A stretch of DNA of 64,000 bases from the human T2T-CHM13v2.0 reference genome, Homo sapiens, in the NCBI RefSeq assembly GCF_009914755.1, contig NC_060932.1. The stretch is one strand, 5' to 3'. This document shows, one piece after another, positions 1 to 14,237 of the stretch; position 1 is the stretch's first letter; every line of letters begins with the position of its first letter. Under the pieces are notes generated by a model. It was not told where the DNA came from. It searched no databases and worked only from the letters and a program-made list of their open reading frames with translations. The position numbers and the translations under genes are program-made.

Positions 1-1249
1 AAATGCTGATTGCTCCCTTACAAACTACAGAGTCAAAGACGTAAAATGAGCAAAAGAAAATTACTTAAAATAGATGAATATCTTGTTGTGATGTTTAGTG
101 ATGTTTCAAAAATATCCCTGTTTTATTGCAACACCATGATGTATATACTAGGGTGAACGGGTTAAAAAAAAAAAAACACTGATGTTTTAAAAAATTCTTT
201 GAAATTTTAAAGTGAAGTTTAATAAACAATCTTAGAGGTTTTTCCTTGAATCTTTGGCTTGCCAATCGGTAATTCAACAGGTTTTACATTTTCATGGGTT
301 TTTATTTATTTTGCATTTAAGAAATTCTTGATTATTTTATAGTATTCTATTACTTTGCTGCTAATGTATTCTCAAGTGTTTACTGCAGCTATCCTTTGGA
401 ATATTTTCTTATACAACTGATCTACCCAAGAGGAACAAGTGTATTACAACAAATCCCTCTGAGGCTTGCTCAGAAATCCTCTGGTCAAAAGGAAGATATA
501 CGCACTAGACTGTATTTCTTCTAAACTGAATTCCTAAGACTTGTCTGTCAGGTCTGGGGAATTGTGTTAGCTGCCACTACTAAGTCAGGAAGACTTGCAA
601 ACCAAGGAACAAAGGATCCTATTAAATAAAAAAAATTTATATTGTGACTTATATTCTCTACTCCAGTTCAAGTTTATCAGGGAAATGTCATGTTGTAGCT
701 GAATTAATACTGATCAAGCTCAATTTGCATATAATTTGGCTTTCGAGAAGAGATGGAGAGGAAGAGAGTGAGAAGCATAATATTTTATTAAATCAGGTAT
801 ACTTGCTTTCCTTATATTGTTTCAAATGGAAAAACTTTATTTAATAGGAAAGCATTTTGTATCATCCAAATCTCTTGCCACCATGGTAGACGATCCCAGA
901 TGAAGGGGTTTGCACAGTAGTGTAAGTCTATCATGATTGGCACTGATGAAATTCTCAGTGCTTAGCAAGAATATGTGATATAAGAAATTATTCATTCAAA
1001 CATCAAATATTAGTGGAATGTCTACTATTTATGAATCATTGAATCCAGTAATTTAAAGCATTTTTTCCTAATCCAAAAAGGAAAAAGCTTTCTCTTTCTT
1101 TCTCATTCCATATAGCCTTCTGACTTTGATTCATATTAAGAATATATACCTAGATATAATACTAAGAATTTCAATTGAGAGATCAGTCTTATCTAAGCAA
1201 CTGACTTTGATTTGTTCTGAGGTTCATAAAACCCACTCCAGTTTCTTCA

Positions 1250-2005
1250 ATATTTAGTTACATGGTCTGCTACTCACACAAAATAGAATTTCCTTTGCTT
1301 ACCTCCTTTGCAACCATATGTGACCATTTGACTAATTCTGGGCAATGAGTTGTAAGCAGAAATGTTGTGAAAGGCTTCTGGGTAATCTTAAATGGAGCTG
1401 AATTGTCTAGAAGAACATTTCTGTTTGTTTGTTTTGTTTTGTTTCCATTTCCTTTTCTTCTTCTTCCAGCCTGAAACTCAGAGCTCCACCAGCTATTTTA
1501 TTTTTATTTTTGTTTTTTTGAGACAGAGTCTTGCTCTGTCACCCAGGCTAGAGTGCAGTGGCACCACCACAACTCAGTACAGCCTGGAGCTCCTGAGCTC
1601 GAGCAGTCTTCTTTCCTCAGCCTCCTAAGCAGCTGAGACCACAGGTGCATACCACCAAGCTGTTTTTTTGTTTTGCTTTGTTTTGTTTTTTATACAGACA
1701 GGAGTCTTTCTATGTTGACCAAGCTGGTCTCAAACTTCTGGCCTCAAGCAATCCTCCCACCTCAGCTTCCCAAAGTGTTGGGATTACAGTCATGAACCAT
1801 CATTCCTGGCACACTAGCCATCTTAGACTTTGAACGTGAACTTGAAGAACAAGTCTAGTGCTAGAAAGATGAAATAATCATGGAGTCACTGTAGTAATCT
1901 TGCAGTGACTGTCCTGTAATCTGCTTTACGTGACAAGAAAAAATCAAACTATATTTTATATGAATCACTGTAATACAGATTTTTCTCACATGCAATTGAA
2001 CCTAA
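1250..2005 (+). mobile_element. Old MaLR LTR (MLT1-like), split by an Alu
   Basis: Degenerate MLT1-like motifs (tgtgaccatttgactaattctgggcaatgag; 3' end ...atgcaattgaacctaat) on both sides of the Alu; boundaries approximate. Confidence 0.4.
1496..1811 (-). mobile_element. Alu SINE (AluJ-like)
   Basis: T-rich tail, gagacagagtcttgctctgtcacccaggc, ctcaagcaatcctcccacctcagc, ccaaagtgttgggattaca; degenerate TSD caccagctat/cactagccat. Confidence 0.93.
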
Positions 2006-2233
2006 TATTCCCTGAAAATCAAACAAAATCTTTGTTGTAGAAAACTATAGGTGTTTTCATGCTTTTAACGCTTTCCTTAAAATTTCAGTTTAAATTTTTA
2101 ATTTAAATTTCTACCTAAATTATTTAGAATTTCTTTTTTCCTTTTAAATGTTATAAGAAACTCAATATGATTTATCTGTTGTGCAAGAATCCCCCTTTGT
2201 CTTTTTCATGTTGTTAGAGATCTGGTTCTGCCA

Positions 2234-2331
2234 TTTTTACAATAAACACATCAGTTTTTACAATAAAGACATCAATAAACACATGATGTGTTTTACAATA
2301 AACACATCAATTTTTTACAATAAACACATCA
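2234..2331. repeat. Minisatellite, about 4.5 copies of ttttacaataaacacatca
   Basis: Direct reading of near-identical ~20-bp units. Confidence 0.9.
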
Positions 2332-3375
2332 ATTTGTTTTTAATTTAACAGCTGATGATTAAATTTATCAAGTATGTATTGATTTCTGTTTCCACTACTC
2401 ATTTTGAATTCCTCACTTTACTTCCATGAGTAGTTTTCTTTTGATTTGTGTAAATGATTTCTTAATACTTTTTATAATTTGTATATCTGTACATCTGTAC
2501 ATGTTTTTATGTCAGACTCTCTTGAAAGATAGTTCAGTTCAATATAGAATTTTAGATTCCTAATAATTTCTTTTAGAACTTTGAAAATATCACTTTATTT
2601 TCTTCTGGAGTGTATCATTGCTTAGGAGATATCATCTATATATCCGCGACTCATTTGAGTTATTCTATCTCTATCTTTTTCTATGGTATATTCTCTCTTT
2701 CTACTGATGTTCTATATTTCATAATTATGAATCTTAGGATGCATTTATTTTTACTTAATCATTTTGATTCTTAGAGGTTTTGTTGTTTTGCTATTTTTTT
2801 TAATGTGAGGAGTTACATCTTCAATTATCAGGAGCTCTCAAATATTATCTCTTCACTGGCATGTCTTCAATTTTCATATCCTAGAACTTCTATTAGATAT
2901 TTACTCAACTTGAGCTAATATTTGAATATAATAGAAATTATGGTTCAAAGTTCAGTGATTTGCACATGGTTATCCAATTTTTTCAGCAGCTCTTGTTGAA
3001 ATACTGTCCTTTCATCACTGAATTGCCTTTGAGCCTTCCTCAATATTTAATTGTCTCTATAGGGCTCATTTTGTTCATCTATTTATCACTGCACTGATAC
3101 AACGCTGTTTTCATTACTGTAGCTTTATCATAAGTACCAAAATTATGTAATGTTAGTTCTCCAAATTTGCTTTCCTTTTTAAAGTTTTGATTATTCTCAG
3201 TCTTTATACTAAAAATTCTGCGAAGATTTTGATTGGAATTGCAAAAAATATGTAGATCAATTTGGGGAGAATTGACATAATAATATTGATTGTTCTGACC
3301 CAAGAGAACAAGATGTAGGTTTGAATTTTTATTACACTTTTAAAAATCGATTTTACCAATGCTTTGGAATAGTTT

Positions 3376-4089
3376 TGGAACAGTTCTTCCTGCCCGCTGC
3401 ACAGACAAAACCAATTCACTGAGAGCACTGCATTGTGATAAAGAAAGGGTTCAGCTGGCAGGAGGGCGACCACATCACGTGAGTGATGAGTTATTACTCA
3501 AATCAATCTCCTTAAGAATTCAGAGCCTAGGGTTTTCAAGGAGAATTTGACAGACACAGGCCTAGAGGAATGGGTGTTGCTGATTGGTTGGCATTACAAT
3601 CATAGGGGTGTGGGAAATGGTCCTCTTGCACTGAGTCCATTTCCGGACGGGATCGCAGGACTGGTTGGAGCGTGAGGGTGGAGCCATTGGTTTTCAGAAA
3701 TGCAAAAGCCTGAAAAGACATCTCAAAAGGCCAATCTTAAGTTCTACAATAGTGAAGTTATCTGCAGTTACTACTGGGAAAGTTCCAAATCTTGTGACCT
3801 CTGGAATAATGGCTGATAATCATTTATATCTAAACCTTAGCATAATCCAGGTTCCTCTCATCCTCCTAACCTGGAGCTCTTTCATTAGTTTTACAAAGGT
3901 GGTTTAGTTTTGGCAAGGGCTATTATCATTTAAACTATAAACTGACTTTCTCCTAAAGTTAGCTTGGCCCAAGCCCAAGAATGACCTAGGGCAATTTGGA
4001 GGCTAAAGGCAAGATGGGGGTTGGTTAGATCAGATCTCTTTAATTGTCATAATTTTCTCACCTTTATAATTTTGGCAAAGGTAGTTTCA
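3376..4089 (-). mobile_element. ERV1 solo LTR (LTR8A-like)
   Basis: Minus strand starts tgaaactacctttgccaaaattata and ends near gcagcgggcaggaagaac; 4-bp TSD gttt at 3372-3375 and 4090-4093. Confidence 0.85.
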
Positions 4090-4729
4090 GTTTTGGTGTG
4101 TGAGTCTTGCACATATGTTCTGACATTTATCCCCAAGCATTTCATCTATTTTATGTCATTGTGTATGATTTTTTTTTACTTCAGTTGCTAACTGCTTACT
4201 GTAAGCATATAGTGATATAATTGATTTTTGTATGTTTATCTTGTATATTGCAAACGTGTTATACTCACTTAACTTTGTGGCTTTATTCATAAATCCCATC
4301 CAATTTTCCACAGTCAATCATGTCATCTGTGACTAAAGACAATTTTGTATCTTTATTTCCAACCTGGATGCTTTTATTTATTTTACTTGATTTATTGCAC
4401 TGATTAGAACTTCTAGTAAAGTATTGAATAGAAGTTGTGAAAGAGGTTATCTTGTCTTGTTCCTGATCTTAGGTGGATATTCATCAGTAAATATAATGTC
4501 CCCTGTAAATCTTTTATGAATGTTCTTTATCAGATTGGAAACGCTTTCTTATATTCCTGTTGACTAAGAGTTTTTATCAGGCAGAAATGTTGGACTTTGT
4601 CAAAGCTTACTCTACATCTACAAAGGTGATCAGATAGTTTACTTTTTTAGTTAGTTAATACGGCACATTATGTTGGATGATTTTGAAATTTTAAACTCTT
4701 ACATTCTGGAGTAAACTTCACTTAGTCAT

Positions 4730-5216
4730 TGTATTAGTTTCCTATTGCTGCTGTAACAAATAGCAAAAAAAAAAATCAGTGGTGCAAACATATTATTTTT
4801 ATTGTGGAGGGCAGAAGTCCTAAAATTGATGTGTTTGTAGGGCTACATTTCTTCTGGGGGCTTTCTTGCCTTTTCCAACTCCTAGAGACTGTGTGCATTC
4901 CTTGGCTCATATTCTTTCCTCTGTCTCTTGAAGAAGCCAGCCCATAGTTCACCTGTCTCTCTCTTTCTCTCTTTCTTTCTCTCTCTTCTCATCTATGACT
5001 CTATAATCACATTTCCTTGTCTGACTTTGGTTCTCCTGACTCCCTGTCTCCCTTATAATGTCACTCACCTGGCTAACCCAGGCAATTCTCCCTATATGAA
5101 TACTCTTAATTTAATCACATATGCAAATCCCTATTGCCACATAAAATAACACATTCGCGGGTTCTGGAAATTAAGACATGGGCATCTTTGGTGGGAGGGG
5201 CACTTTTCTACCAACT
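4730..5216 (-). mobile_element. MaLR LTR (MLT1C/D/E-like)
   Basis: Terminus tgtattagtttcctattgctgctgtaacaaat; ttaatcacatatgcaaa; ggttctggaaattaagacatggg. Confidence 0.8.
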
Positions 5217-5305
5217 ATTGCTATATATATACATATATATATGTATATATATAGTATGTTTGTTTGTTTAGGGCATTTAATCCACATTTATAAAAATATT
5301 GATAT

Positions 5306-5617
<312 letters not shown>

Positions 5618-6836
5618 TTAGTTTTCTGTTCTTATAATGTCTTTGTCTTGTTTTGATATCACGATAATGCTGGCCACATAAAATAACTTGTAAAATCGGC
5701 TCCCTCTTCCATTTCCAGGAAGAGTTTTATAGATTTAGTATTATTTCTTTCTTTAATGTTTGGTAGAATTCAGTAATGTTTGGTAGATGCCAGTAAAGTC
5801 ATCTAATGCTTGGAGTGGCCTTTGTGGGAAGATTTTCAACTACAAATTCAATTTATTTAATAGATACAGGACTCTTAGAATTACTTATTCATATTTAAAT
5901 GAGATTTGGTAGTTAGCATTTCTCAGGAATCTTATTCATTTCATCTAAATTGTTGAATGTATTGTCACAAAGTTTTTCATAATATTCTCTTATTTTTTAA
6001 ATATTTGTAGAATGTGTATGGGGAGTGTTATCAGCTCTCTCATTCTTAACATTGGTAATATTACCTTATCTCTTTTTGTCCTTATCAGATAGGCTATAAG
6101 TTTATCAGTATTATGGATTTTCTCAAATATCTAACTTTCAATTTATTTTCTCTATTGTGTTTCTATTTTATTGATTTTTATTTTGATCTCTATTGTTTCA
6201 TTTCTCTGCTTACTTTACATTTAATTCGTCTTTCATTTTTTAGTGTCTTGAATGGAAGATTTCTTGTTTTTTAATAGAGTCATTTAATAACAGAAACTTC
6301 ACCCAACTACTGATTTAGTGGCATTCCACAAATTTTAATATATTTTATTTTCATTCTCCTCCAGTAGCAAATATGTTCTAATTTCTATTTTTTTCTTCAT
6401 TGGCACATAGATTATTTAGAAATATATTGTTTTGTTTTCACATTTTGGGGGAGTTTCAAGAGATCTTTCTGTTATTGATTTCTAATTTAACTTCATCACA
6501 GTGAACTAGCATACTTCTCATAGCTTAAAATTTTTCTAATTTATTTGGATTTGACTGATGGCACAGAATATGGTCTGGTACAGTAAATATTCCACATGTG
6601 CCTGAAATAAATATGCAGACTGGTGTTTTTGGGTGACGAGTTCCATAAATTGTAATTAGGTCAAGTTATTGAATATTTTATTTAAGTCATCTAATTATTT
6701 GCTGACTTTCTGCCCACAGTTCTGTCAATTACAGATAGAGAGATACTAAAATCTCCAATTATTAACTGTAGATTTATTTATCCTTGCAATTTTATTAGGT
6801 TTTTTTCCATGTATTTTGAAGCTGTTATTAGGTGCA

Positions 6837-7232
6837 TGTTAGTTCATTTTATGCTGCTATAATAGGATACCACAGACTGGGTAATTGATAATCAATAGAA
6901 ATTTATTTCTGACAGTGTTGGATGCTGGAAAGTACAAGATCAAGGCAGTAGCAGGTTAGTTTTCTGGTGAGGGTCTAGTCTTACTTTCTAATATGGCACC
7001 TTAAGTGCCACATCCTTATGAGGGAAGAAATAAGTATCCTCACATGACAGAAGGCAGAACTGCAAAGGTGGCAAAATACCTCTGTCAAGCCCTTTTATAT
7101 AAGGGTGCCTAATCCAATTGGTTAATTCTTGGCTCAATAACCTCCCAAAGGCCATGTCTCCCAATACTATTGAATTCAGGATTCAGTCTCAACAAGAATT
7201 CTGGAGAGGACAAAAATAGTGAAATCATATCA
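6837..7232 (-). mobile_element. MaLR solo LTR (MSTC/D or MLT1A-like)
   Basis: gctgctataataggataccacagactgggtaatt, TG...CA ends, 5-bp TSD gtgca/atgca. Confidence 0.8.
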
Positions 7233-8403
7233 ATGCATAGTCTTTAGGATAGTTGTGGTGTCTTTATGGACTTAACTCTATATCTTTATGAAATTGACTC
7301 CTTTAGCCTTGTTAATATTCTTTCTTCAGAAATATTTGTCTGATATTAGCATACTCACCCAATTTTCTTCAGTTAGTTGTTAACATATCACTTTCTATCA
7401 TTTTACTTTAATGCATTTGTGTACGTATATTTTAAGTGCTTCTTGTAGTCAGCATGTAATTAGGTCTTGCTTATTTATCCATGATAAATATATTCATTAT
7501 ACAGATATGGCAATCCGTAGGTTTTAATTTGGATGTTTAGACTATTTACGTTTAATGTGGTTATTTATATTTTCATACAGAACTCTATCGTCTTACTCTT
7601 TGTTTCTATTGACAAATCTGTTTTTTTTTTTTCTATTTCCTTTTTGCTTACCTCATCTTGGATTAATCCAGGGGTTTTTAATGATACAATTTATCTCCTT
7701 TGTTAGATTATTACCTATAATTATTTGTTTTATTACTTTAATAGTTGCTTTCAAATATAGTATAAATATGAGTATTTGAACTCATTATAGTCTATCTTTC
7801 AATAATACTCCATCAATTCAGATATAGCATAAAAAATGTACAAAAATATAGTTCTATTTCTCCCTTCCATGACTTTGTGCTATTGTTTTCAAATATTTTA
7901 CTTTTACTTATATCATAAACTTTATACTATAAACTCCACATTATGTTTTCATTGTTTATCTTTAAACAGCTGTATTTTAATATATTTAAAAATAAAATTA
8001 TGTGTATTTAACTAGGTAGTTACCAAGTCCAATGCATATAATTCCTTTTTGTAGTTCTGCATTACTGTATTGTCTCATTTTTCTTTTTGCCTGAAAGGTA
8101 TTCTTTACTAATTTTTGTAGTGCACATCTGAGACTGAATTATTATTTTACCTTTTGTATATGTGAAAAAGTCTTTCTTTTGACTTAATTTTTTCATATCT
8201 TTTCTTGATATAAAATTATAAGTTAATAAAAGGCTTTTGTTTGCTTCTTTCTTTTTGTTTCCAGTACTTTAAAAAATATTACCCTCCTGTCTTATAACTT
8301 TTTATTCTGATGAGAGATTTTCTGTCATTCTTATCTTGAACATATATCAACAATGTGTCATTTTATCTCTGCATGCTTTTAAGATTTTCTCTTTATAATG
8401 AGT

Positions 8404-9103
8404 TGATATGGTTTGCATGTTCTGTCTCCTCCAAATCTCATGTTGAAATGTGACATCTAATGTTGAAGGTGGGCCTAGTTTGTGGTGTTTGGGTCAGGGG
8501 GATGGATCCCTCATGAATGACTTGGTGCTTTCCTCACAGTAATGAATGAATTCTCAGTCTAAGAGCTCACATAAGATCTGGTTTAAAAGAGCCTGGCACC
8601 TCCTGCCCTCTCTTTTGCTCCCTCTCACCATGTAATGTGTCAGCTCTCACTTTTCCTTCCACCATGATTATAAGCTTCCTGAAGCCTCACTAGGAGGTGA
8701 GCAGATATTAGCACCATCCTTGTACAGCCTGCAGAACCATGTGACACATAAACCTCTTTTCTTTATAGATTGCTCAGGCCAGGAATGGTGGCTCATGCCT
8801 GTAATCCCAGCACGTTGGGAGGTTGAAGCAGGAAGATTGCCTGAGGTCAGGAGTTCAAGACCAGCCTGGCCAACATGGTGAAACCCCATCACTACTAAAA
8901 ATATCAAAATTAGCTGGGCATGGTGGTGAGTGCCTGTAGTCCCATCTACTCAGGAGGCAGAAGAATTGCTTGAACTTGGGAGTTGGAGGCTGCAATGGGC
9001 CCAGGTCATGCCACTGCACTGCAGCAACAGAGCAAAAAAGAAAAAAATAATAAAATTACAGTCTCATGTATTCCTTTATACCTATGTAGAACAGACTAAC
9101 ACA
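8404..9103 (+). mobile_element. MaLR solo LTR (MSTB-like), split by an Alu
   Basis: Starts tgatatggtttg...ccaaatctcatgttgaaatgtga; ends acagactaacaca. Confidence 0.85.
8777..9052 (+). mobile_element. Alu SINE (AluS-like), small 3' deletion
   Basis: ggccaggaatggtggctcatgcctgtaatcccagcac...gaggtcaggagttcaagaccagcctggccaacatgg, A tail. Confidence 0.93.
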
Positions 9104-10898
9104 CTAGTCTTGAATAATATTATTTAATGTGTTAATGTGTATTGGTATAGATTTTTTCATATTGTGCTAGGGTATCATTGAGCTTATTGAATCTATTTTC
9201 TTATAGTTTCAATAAAATTGGGAGGAAAATGGGAAATTATTTCTCAGATATTTTTGTATTTTTATTTGGAATCCACAGTGATTTCGATCATACATGTATT
9301 GAATGCTTGAAATTGTCCCAGATGTCACTGATACTTTTTTCATTTTTTGTTATTTTAGAAAATTATTCTGTACTTCATTTTGAACTGTTTATATTGCTAT
9401 GTCTTCAGGCTCATTAATCTTTTTTTTTTTTTTTCCCCACAGTGTCTAATCAGCCATTGATCTCATTCAGAAAACGTTTCAACTAACACATTTTAGTTTT
9501 CACCTCTCAAGTTCAAACTGGGTCATTTTAAACTATCTTCTGTGCTTCCACTTAATTCTTTGAACATACAGAGAAGAGTTTTGCCAATTATTTTAATGCC
9601 ATTTTCTACTATTTCTAACATCAACCTGAGTTCTGGATCAGTTTTAATGGGGGTAATTCTGCTCTTCGTTGTAGGTTGTAATTTCCTGTTTGTTTGTATG
9701 GTGCCATAATTTTTGATTGATGCCATACTCTGTGGAGTTTACCTTCTTGCATACTGGAGCTTTTACATTCCTTTAACTATTCTTGAGCTTTGCTTTAAAT
9801 TACTTGGAAAGACTTTGATCCTACAAGACTGATTCACTAGGCATTACTAGTTTTCTCCTTTTCCCTCAATACTAAAGCGGAATCTTTCTGAGTGTTCTAC
9901 CCAGTGCCCCATACATTTTTGATGTTTTCCAGTCTGGCTGGGAAACACATGTTATTAACTGCTCAATGTGAACACCAAGTACTGATTCCCTCTAACCCTT
10001 TGGGATGGTTCTTCCCCGGCCCTGAGTGTTTTCCTAATGCATATGACATATATGCTAATCAGTACTTTGTGGCATACCCAACAGGGACCTTACGTAGATC
10101 ATCAGAGTTTTCTCTTTCTGTAGCTCTGTCTTCCCTGGTACTTTGTCCTGTGAACTATAAGCATTTTTGTCTCACTGAATTTTCAACTATGTCTCGACTT
10201 AGTGAATCAACTAGGCTTTACCTATGTTTTCTTTTCCTGTACTACATTCTGGCATCTCTATGAAGTCAGTAAGCTGAGACAATCATAGGGTTTACTTCAT
10301 TTTTCTTTCTTTTTCTAAAATCACTGTCCTTTACTCCTCCTTATAAAACTCTATCATTTAGGAAATACTTATAAATTCAATAAGTTATTTTGTATAAGAA
10401 GAAACGTAGGCTCAGAAAAATTGATTTCTCTCTTACTGTTAGTGTGATTACAAAAGCACTTTCCATTAATTTACCTTGTTTGTTACTGAAAACGTGTGCT
10501 AAAATTGTCCCTAATCATTCTGCCCCATCTCCTTAAACTGTTTATTGAGAATTGGTGGGATAGAACAAGATCCACTCCCAGTTTTACATATGCAATGCTA
10601 ATCTGCACGACCACAGTGATCTTCCAGACTTTCATTCTATAGTATTCTTATGTATTCCTAGTTAATTTAAAGTTAGCTGTTGTAGTTGGAAATAAAAATA
10701 GAGTTACACTGTATAAAGCTTGATATACAATCTTGCAACTTATGATTGAAGCAAACATCAAAGAACAATAATGGAGAAACATGCTCCTCACTTTCTCAGT
10801 GCCGTGTCCTCAGTCTCCGACATTTCTCTATCTCAGAAAGGTAGAGATGAGTCATTGGTTGACTCTGGACCCACATTACAGGGCACCTTTTTAGCTAT

Positions 10899-11133
10899 TT
10901 GGAATTATTTTCAATTAACGACACCAGAAAATGAGGGTTATGAAAAAAACCCAGCATTTTCTTTATTTTTGAGTAGTTATTTTCCACCTCTTAAAATTTT
11001 TTTAATCAAAAGAAGAAAAAGGCATGCATGAAATATAGGGTTTTAATAAATCCAAGTACAAAGGTGAACCTACCAGCTGCACAGCTCCACTGCAATTCTA
11101 GGAAATTAAAATTTTCATGCATTATCTGAGGCA
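10899..11133 (+). repeat. Copy 1 of a ~235-bp local direct duplication
   Basis: Matches 14005-14235 apart from 3 substitutions and one small indel. Confidence 0.97.
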
Positions 11134-12190
11134 ATGTACAATTTCTGAAGGTCAGGCACCTCCCGGAATGTGTAAACTACAAGAGCAAACTTTAGCTTCA
11201 TTCATTCTTCATTGAGGATCTTTATTTCTGATCCCAAAAGAAAATTTGCTTTTTAATAATGGTAATATTACTGACCTTTTCCAATGACCTGTTGATTGAT
11301 TATATAACCTTTCAGTCTGCTGTAGCATTGGGTGCCTTCAGCCTGTGTCCCATACACCAATTTAACTCAATGCGAAGAAAACACATGGGTTGACCTATGG
11401 AATAAGAATTATAAAACATTTGGGCTATTGGGAATGCCTGTGTTCCAGAAAAGATAAAAAAGTAATTAACTATTGATCAAGCAAAAAAATCAAGAACATA
11501 GAAGCAAGAGGATAGGTATTACTTTCCCTATGGAATCTTAGTTACCCAGGTAACCATATCCTGATTTGGCATTGTAGATCTTTAGATGTGTGTTTGGAAA
11601 GGAAAAAGGCTTCCATATTTTTTTAAAAAAAATATTTAATTTTTGCATATGAGAAAATTATCACAAAGCAAGTGTCATTTGGAAGGGCAGATAAAAACTC
11701 AAACATAAAACTCATAATAGGTGTATAGTGCAAAATTTCCCTAGAATGATAATTAATGCTTAGAGGAAGGACTGATTTAAACAACTACCAGAAAAAAAAA
11801 GTAATATCATAACAAGTTAGAAGAACTGTTTCAGCCAAGGCATTTAGGATCTGCCATCCTCTAATATTAAAAATGAAAATAAAGGAGAAAACAGATGAGG
11901 TACTAATATTTTATTCTATTTTAAATTTGCCCTTAGTTCTATTTTTGTTTCCATATCTTTTAAAGATCAATTTTCACATTTACACTATTTAAGCAGAGAT
12001 AATTTTGAATGTGGAATAATGTCAAATATATACTTCATTTTATCATTAGGACCACGATATTCATGCATTGAATAAGTTTTCCTTGTTGAGACTATGCTAC
12101 CCTAAATAGCACCTCTGCCCTCAACAATGGCAGTTGGAATTATAGGAATTTGTTGTTATGGGAAAAAAGAGGGAGAACAACCAGTTATTG

Positions 12191-12219
<29 letters not shown>
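12191..12219. repeat. (GT)n microsatellite
   Basis: Direct reading. Confidence 0.97.
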
Positions 12220-12221
<2 letters not shown>

Positions 12222-14004
12222 CTTAGTCTCTTCCTGTAATGTCAAGAAAGTGATTCCATGATCCAGAATCAAGTTTTCTATTTGAGACCAAGTATTTAAG
12301 TCATTCAGGAGAATTTACAGTATGCATACAGAGATATCTGAGATATCTTCTCAATATTCTTTGGGAAATATATTTTTTCCTAATCCTAATTCTGAGAAAA
12401 ATAAATTAAGAAATCAGAAATTAGAAAATATAATTCTCCTGTGGGAATTAAAATTAAACTATTAGCATAGAAATGTAAAGCTTTGAAAGAATCCACTCAT
12501 GTCAAATTGAAAGCAGAGCAAAACACGCTGGCAGGTGGAGTAGACAGTTATGGCTAGCACTTCTAGAAACCAGAACAGAGGCAGGTAGACAAGAAGTGAT
12601 CACAATGTAGTCAGTCAATCTCGCCTGTGGCCTGTGGCATAATGTAAGTGTGCATTGTAGCCCTATCTGCTAACATTGACTTATTCATTCTTGCAAATAA
12701 AATACATGTTAATACATTTATACTCATAGTATGCTTTATACTCATCCTAAAAATGGCATTTCAGCAATTAAGTTTGAAAGCAAAATAAGTTCCTATATTT
12801 ACAATTTGACACATGATTATGTGTCGTGCTTTTTATCCTTGCAAAGAAATACTAACGTTGTGTTATCTGAATACCACCCAAAAATGCTCACTTGCCATCT
12901 TACAGTTTTGAATATTTGCTAAGATACAGGATTTTAAAAAACACATTAATAGAAGAAATGCATTGGGCAGACGTGAACATGATTTACTGAAAATCTGTTA
13001 AGAGCAACAACAATATCGATAACAAAGGAAAAAACAAAATCAGGGCAAACAGCCAAAATAGTTTAATCATGAAAAAGAAAAGGAGCTCATATAAAACAAC
13101 TTGTATCCTAAGACCCTACATGAAAATGCTTTTAGAAACACTCAATATTATTTAATCAATTTCATTTCAAATTGAAAGGATGTTTTCTACGTCTCACATT
13201 TTTTTCATGTAAAAACTACAAGATAGGACAATAGATGTTTTGAAAATTTTATTTTAAGAATGATAATTTTTGCGGCATGATTATCTTTCAAATTTTAAAA
13301 TAATTTTACTTGACATGGTTATATTTCTGTTTAATATTCTCTATTATAAAATATTGATACTAAGTATAGATTATACATGATATTGAAATTCATAATCTTG
13401 ACAAAATTTATTAATTTATAACAAAAATAAATCATACGCATATTAATATTGCTTTACAGAAAAAAACCCTAAAACTTCTTAGCAAAGAAAAAGGGTTCAT
13501 TCTGTATTATTATGATCTTTCATCATTACTTAACTATATATATATAAAATATTAAGAGAATATAAAATACTTTATGGTTTTAGATAATCTTTAAGCAATT
13601 CCTGGAATTTTGATTTCTTTTTCTAAAATCCCAAGAATTAATATTTGTTAAGTATTTGCAAGCATTAGGAACTTTTAATTATAATATTATTTTTTTTAAA
13701 ATCTCGTCAGTTTTACATTTCACCTTCTGCTTACAGTGCATGAGGCTTCTTTTGAAGACTTGCTTTCACCCCTCAACACTCCAGGTTTTTCTAACATGCC
13801 TAAAAACCCCACTCTCCATGGATACAAAGCTGGACATGAGATCCTGGCTTGGCTACTCAGAGTTCTCTCAAATTTCCTGAATTTGAGGTACAGGCATCCT
13901 TTTCTGTCTTTTATGTTGACTTTTATTGTACATAAACTCAAGATGCCAGCAACAATTGCCACTGACCAGATAGAATTGCTGGAGAGAAAGGCCAGTCAAC
14001 ACAA

Positions 14005-14235
14005 TTGGAATTATTTTCAATTAACGACACCAGAAAATGAGGGTTATGAAAAAAACCCAGCATTTTCTTTATTTTTGATTAGTTATTTTCCACCTCTTAA
14101 AAGTTTTTTAATCAAAAGAAGGAAAAGGCATGCATGAAATAATTTTAATAAATCCAAGTACAAAGGTGAACCTACCAGCTGCACAGCTCCACTGCAATTC
14201 TAGGAAATTAAAATTTTCATGCATTATCTGAGGCA
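14005..14235 (+). repeat. Copy 2 of the local duplication, abutting an L1 that lacks its 3' end
   Basis: Same ttggaattattttcaattaacgacacc...attatctgaggca text as 10899-11133. Confidence 0.97.
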
Positions 14236-14237
14236 TT

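Noticed and set aside
723-736. Octamer ATTTGCAT followed by TAAT
   Set aside because: A single short motif is expected by chance in AT-rich DNA; needs conservation data
2234-2331. CRISPR-like repeat array
   Set aside because: Units are adjacent with no unique spacers, there are no cas genes, and the context is primate DNA
13736-14137. 133-aa ORF sharing its C-terminus with ORF 10771-11031, resembling paralogous genes
   Set aside because: The shared peptide just reflects the DNA duplication; GTG start, no recognisable domain, no exon or promoter evidence
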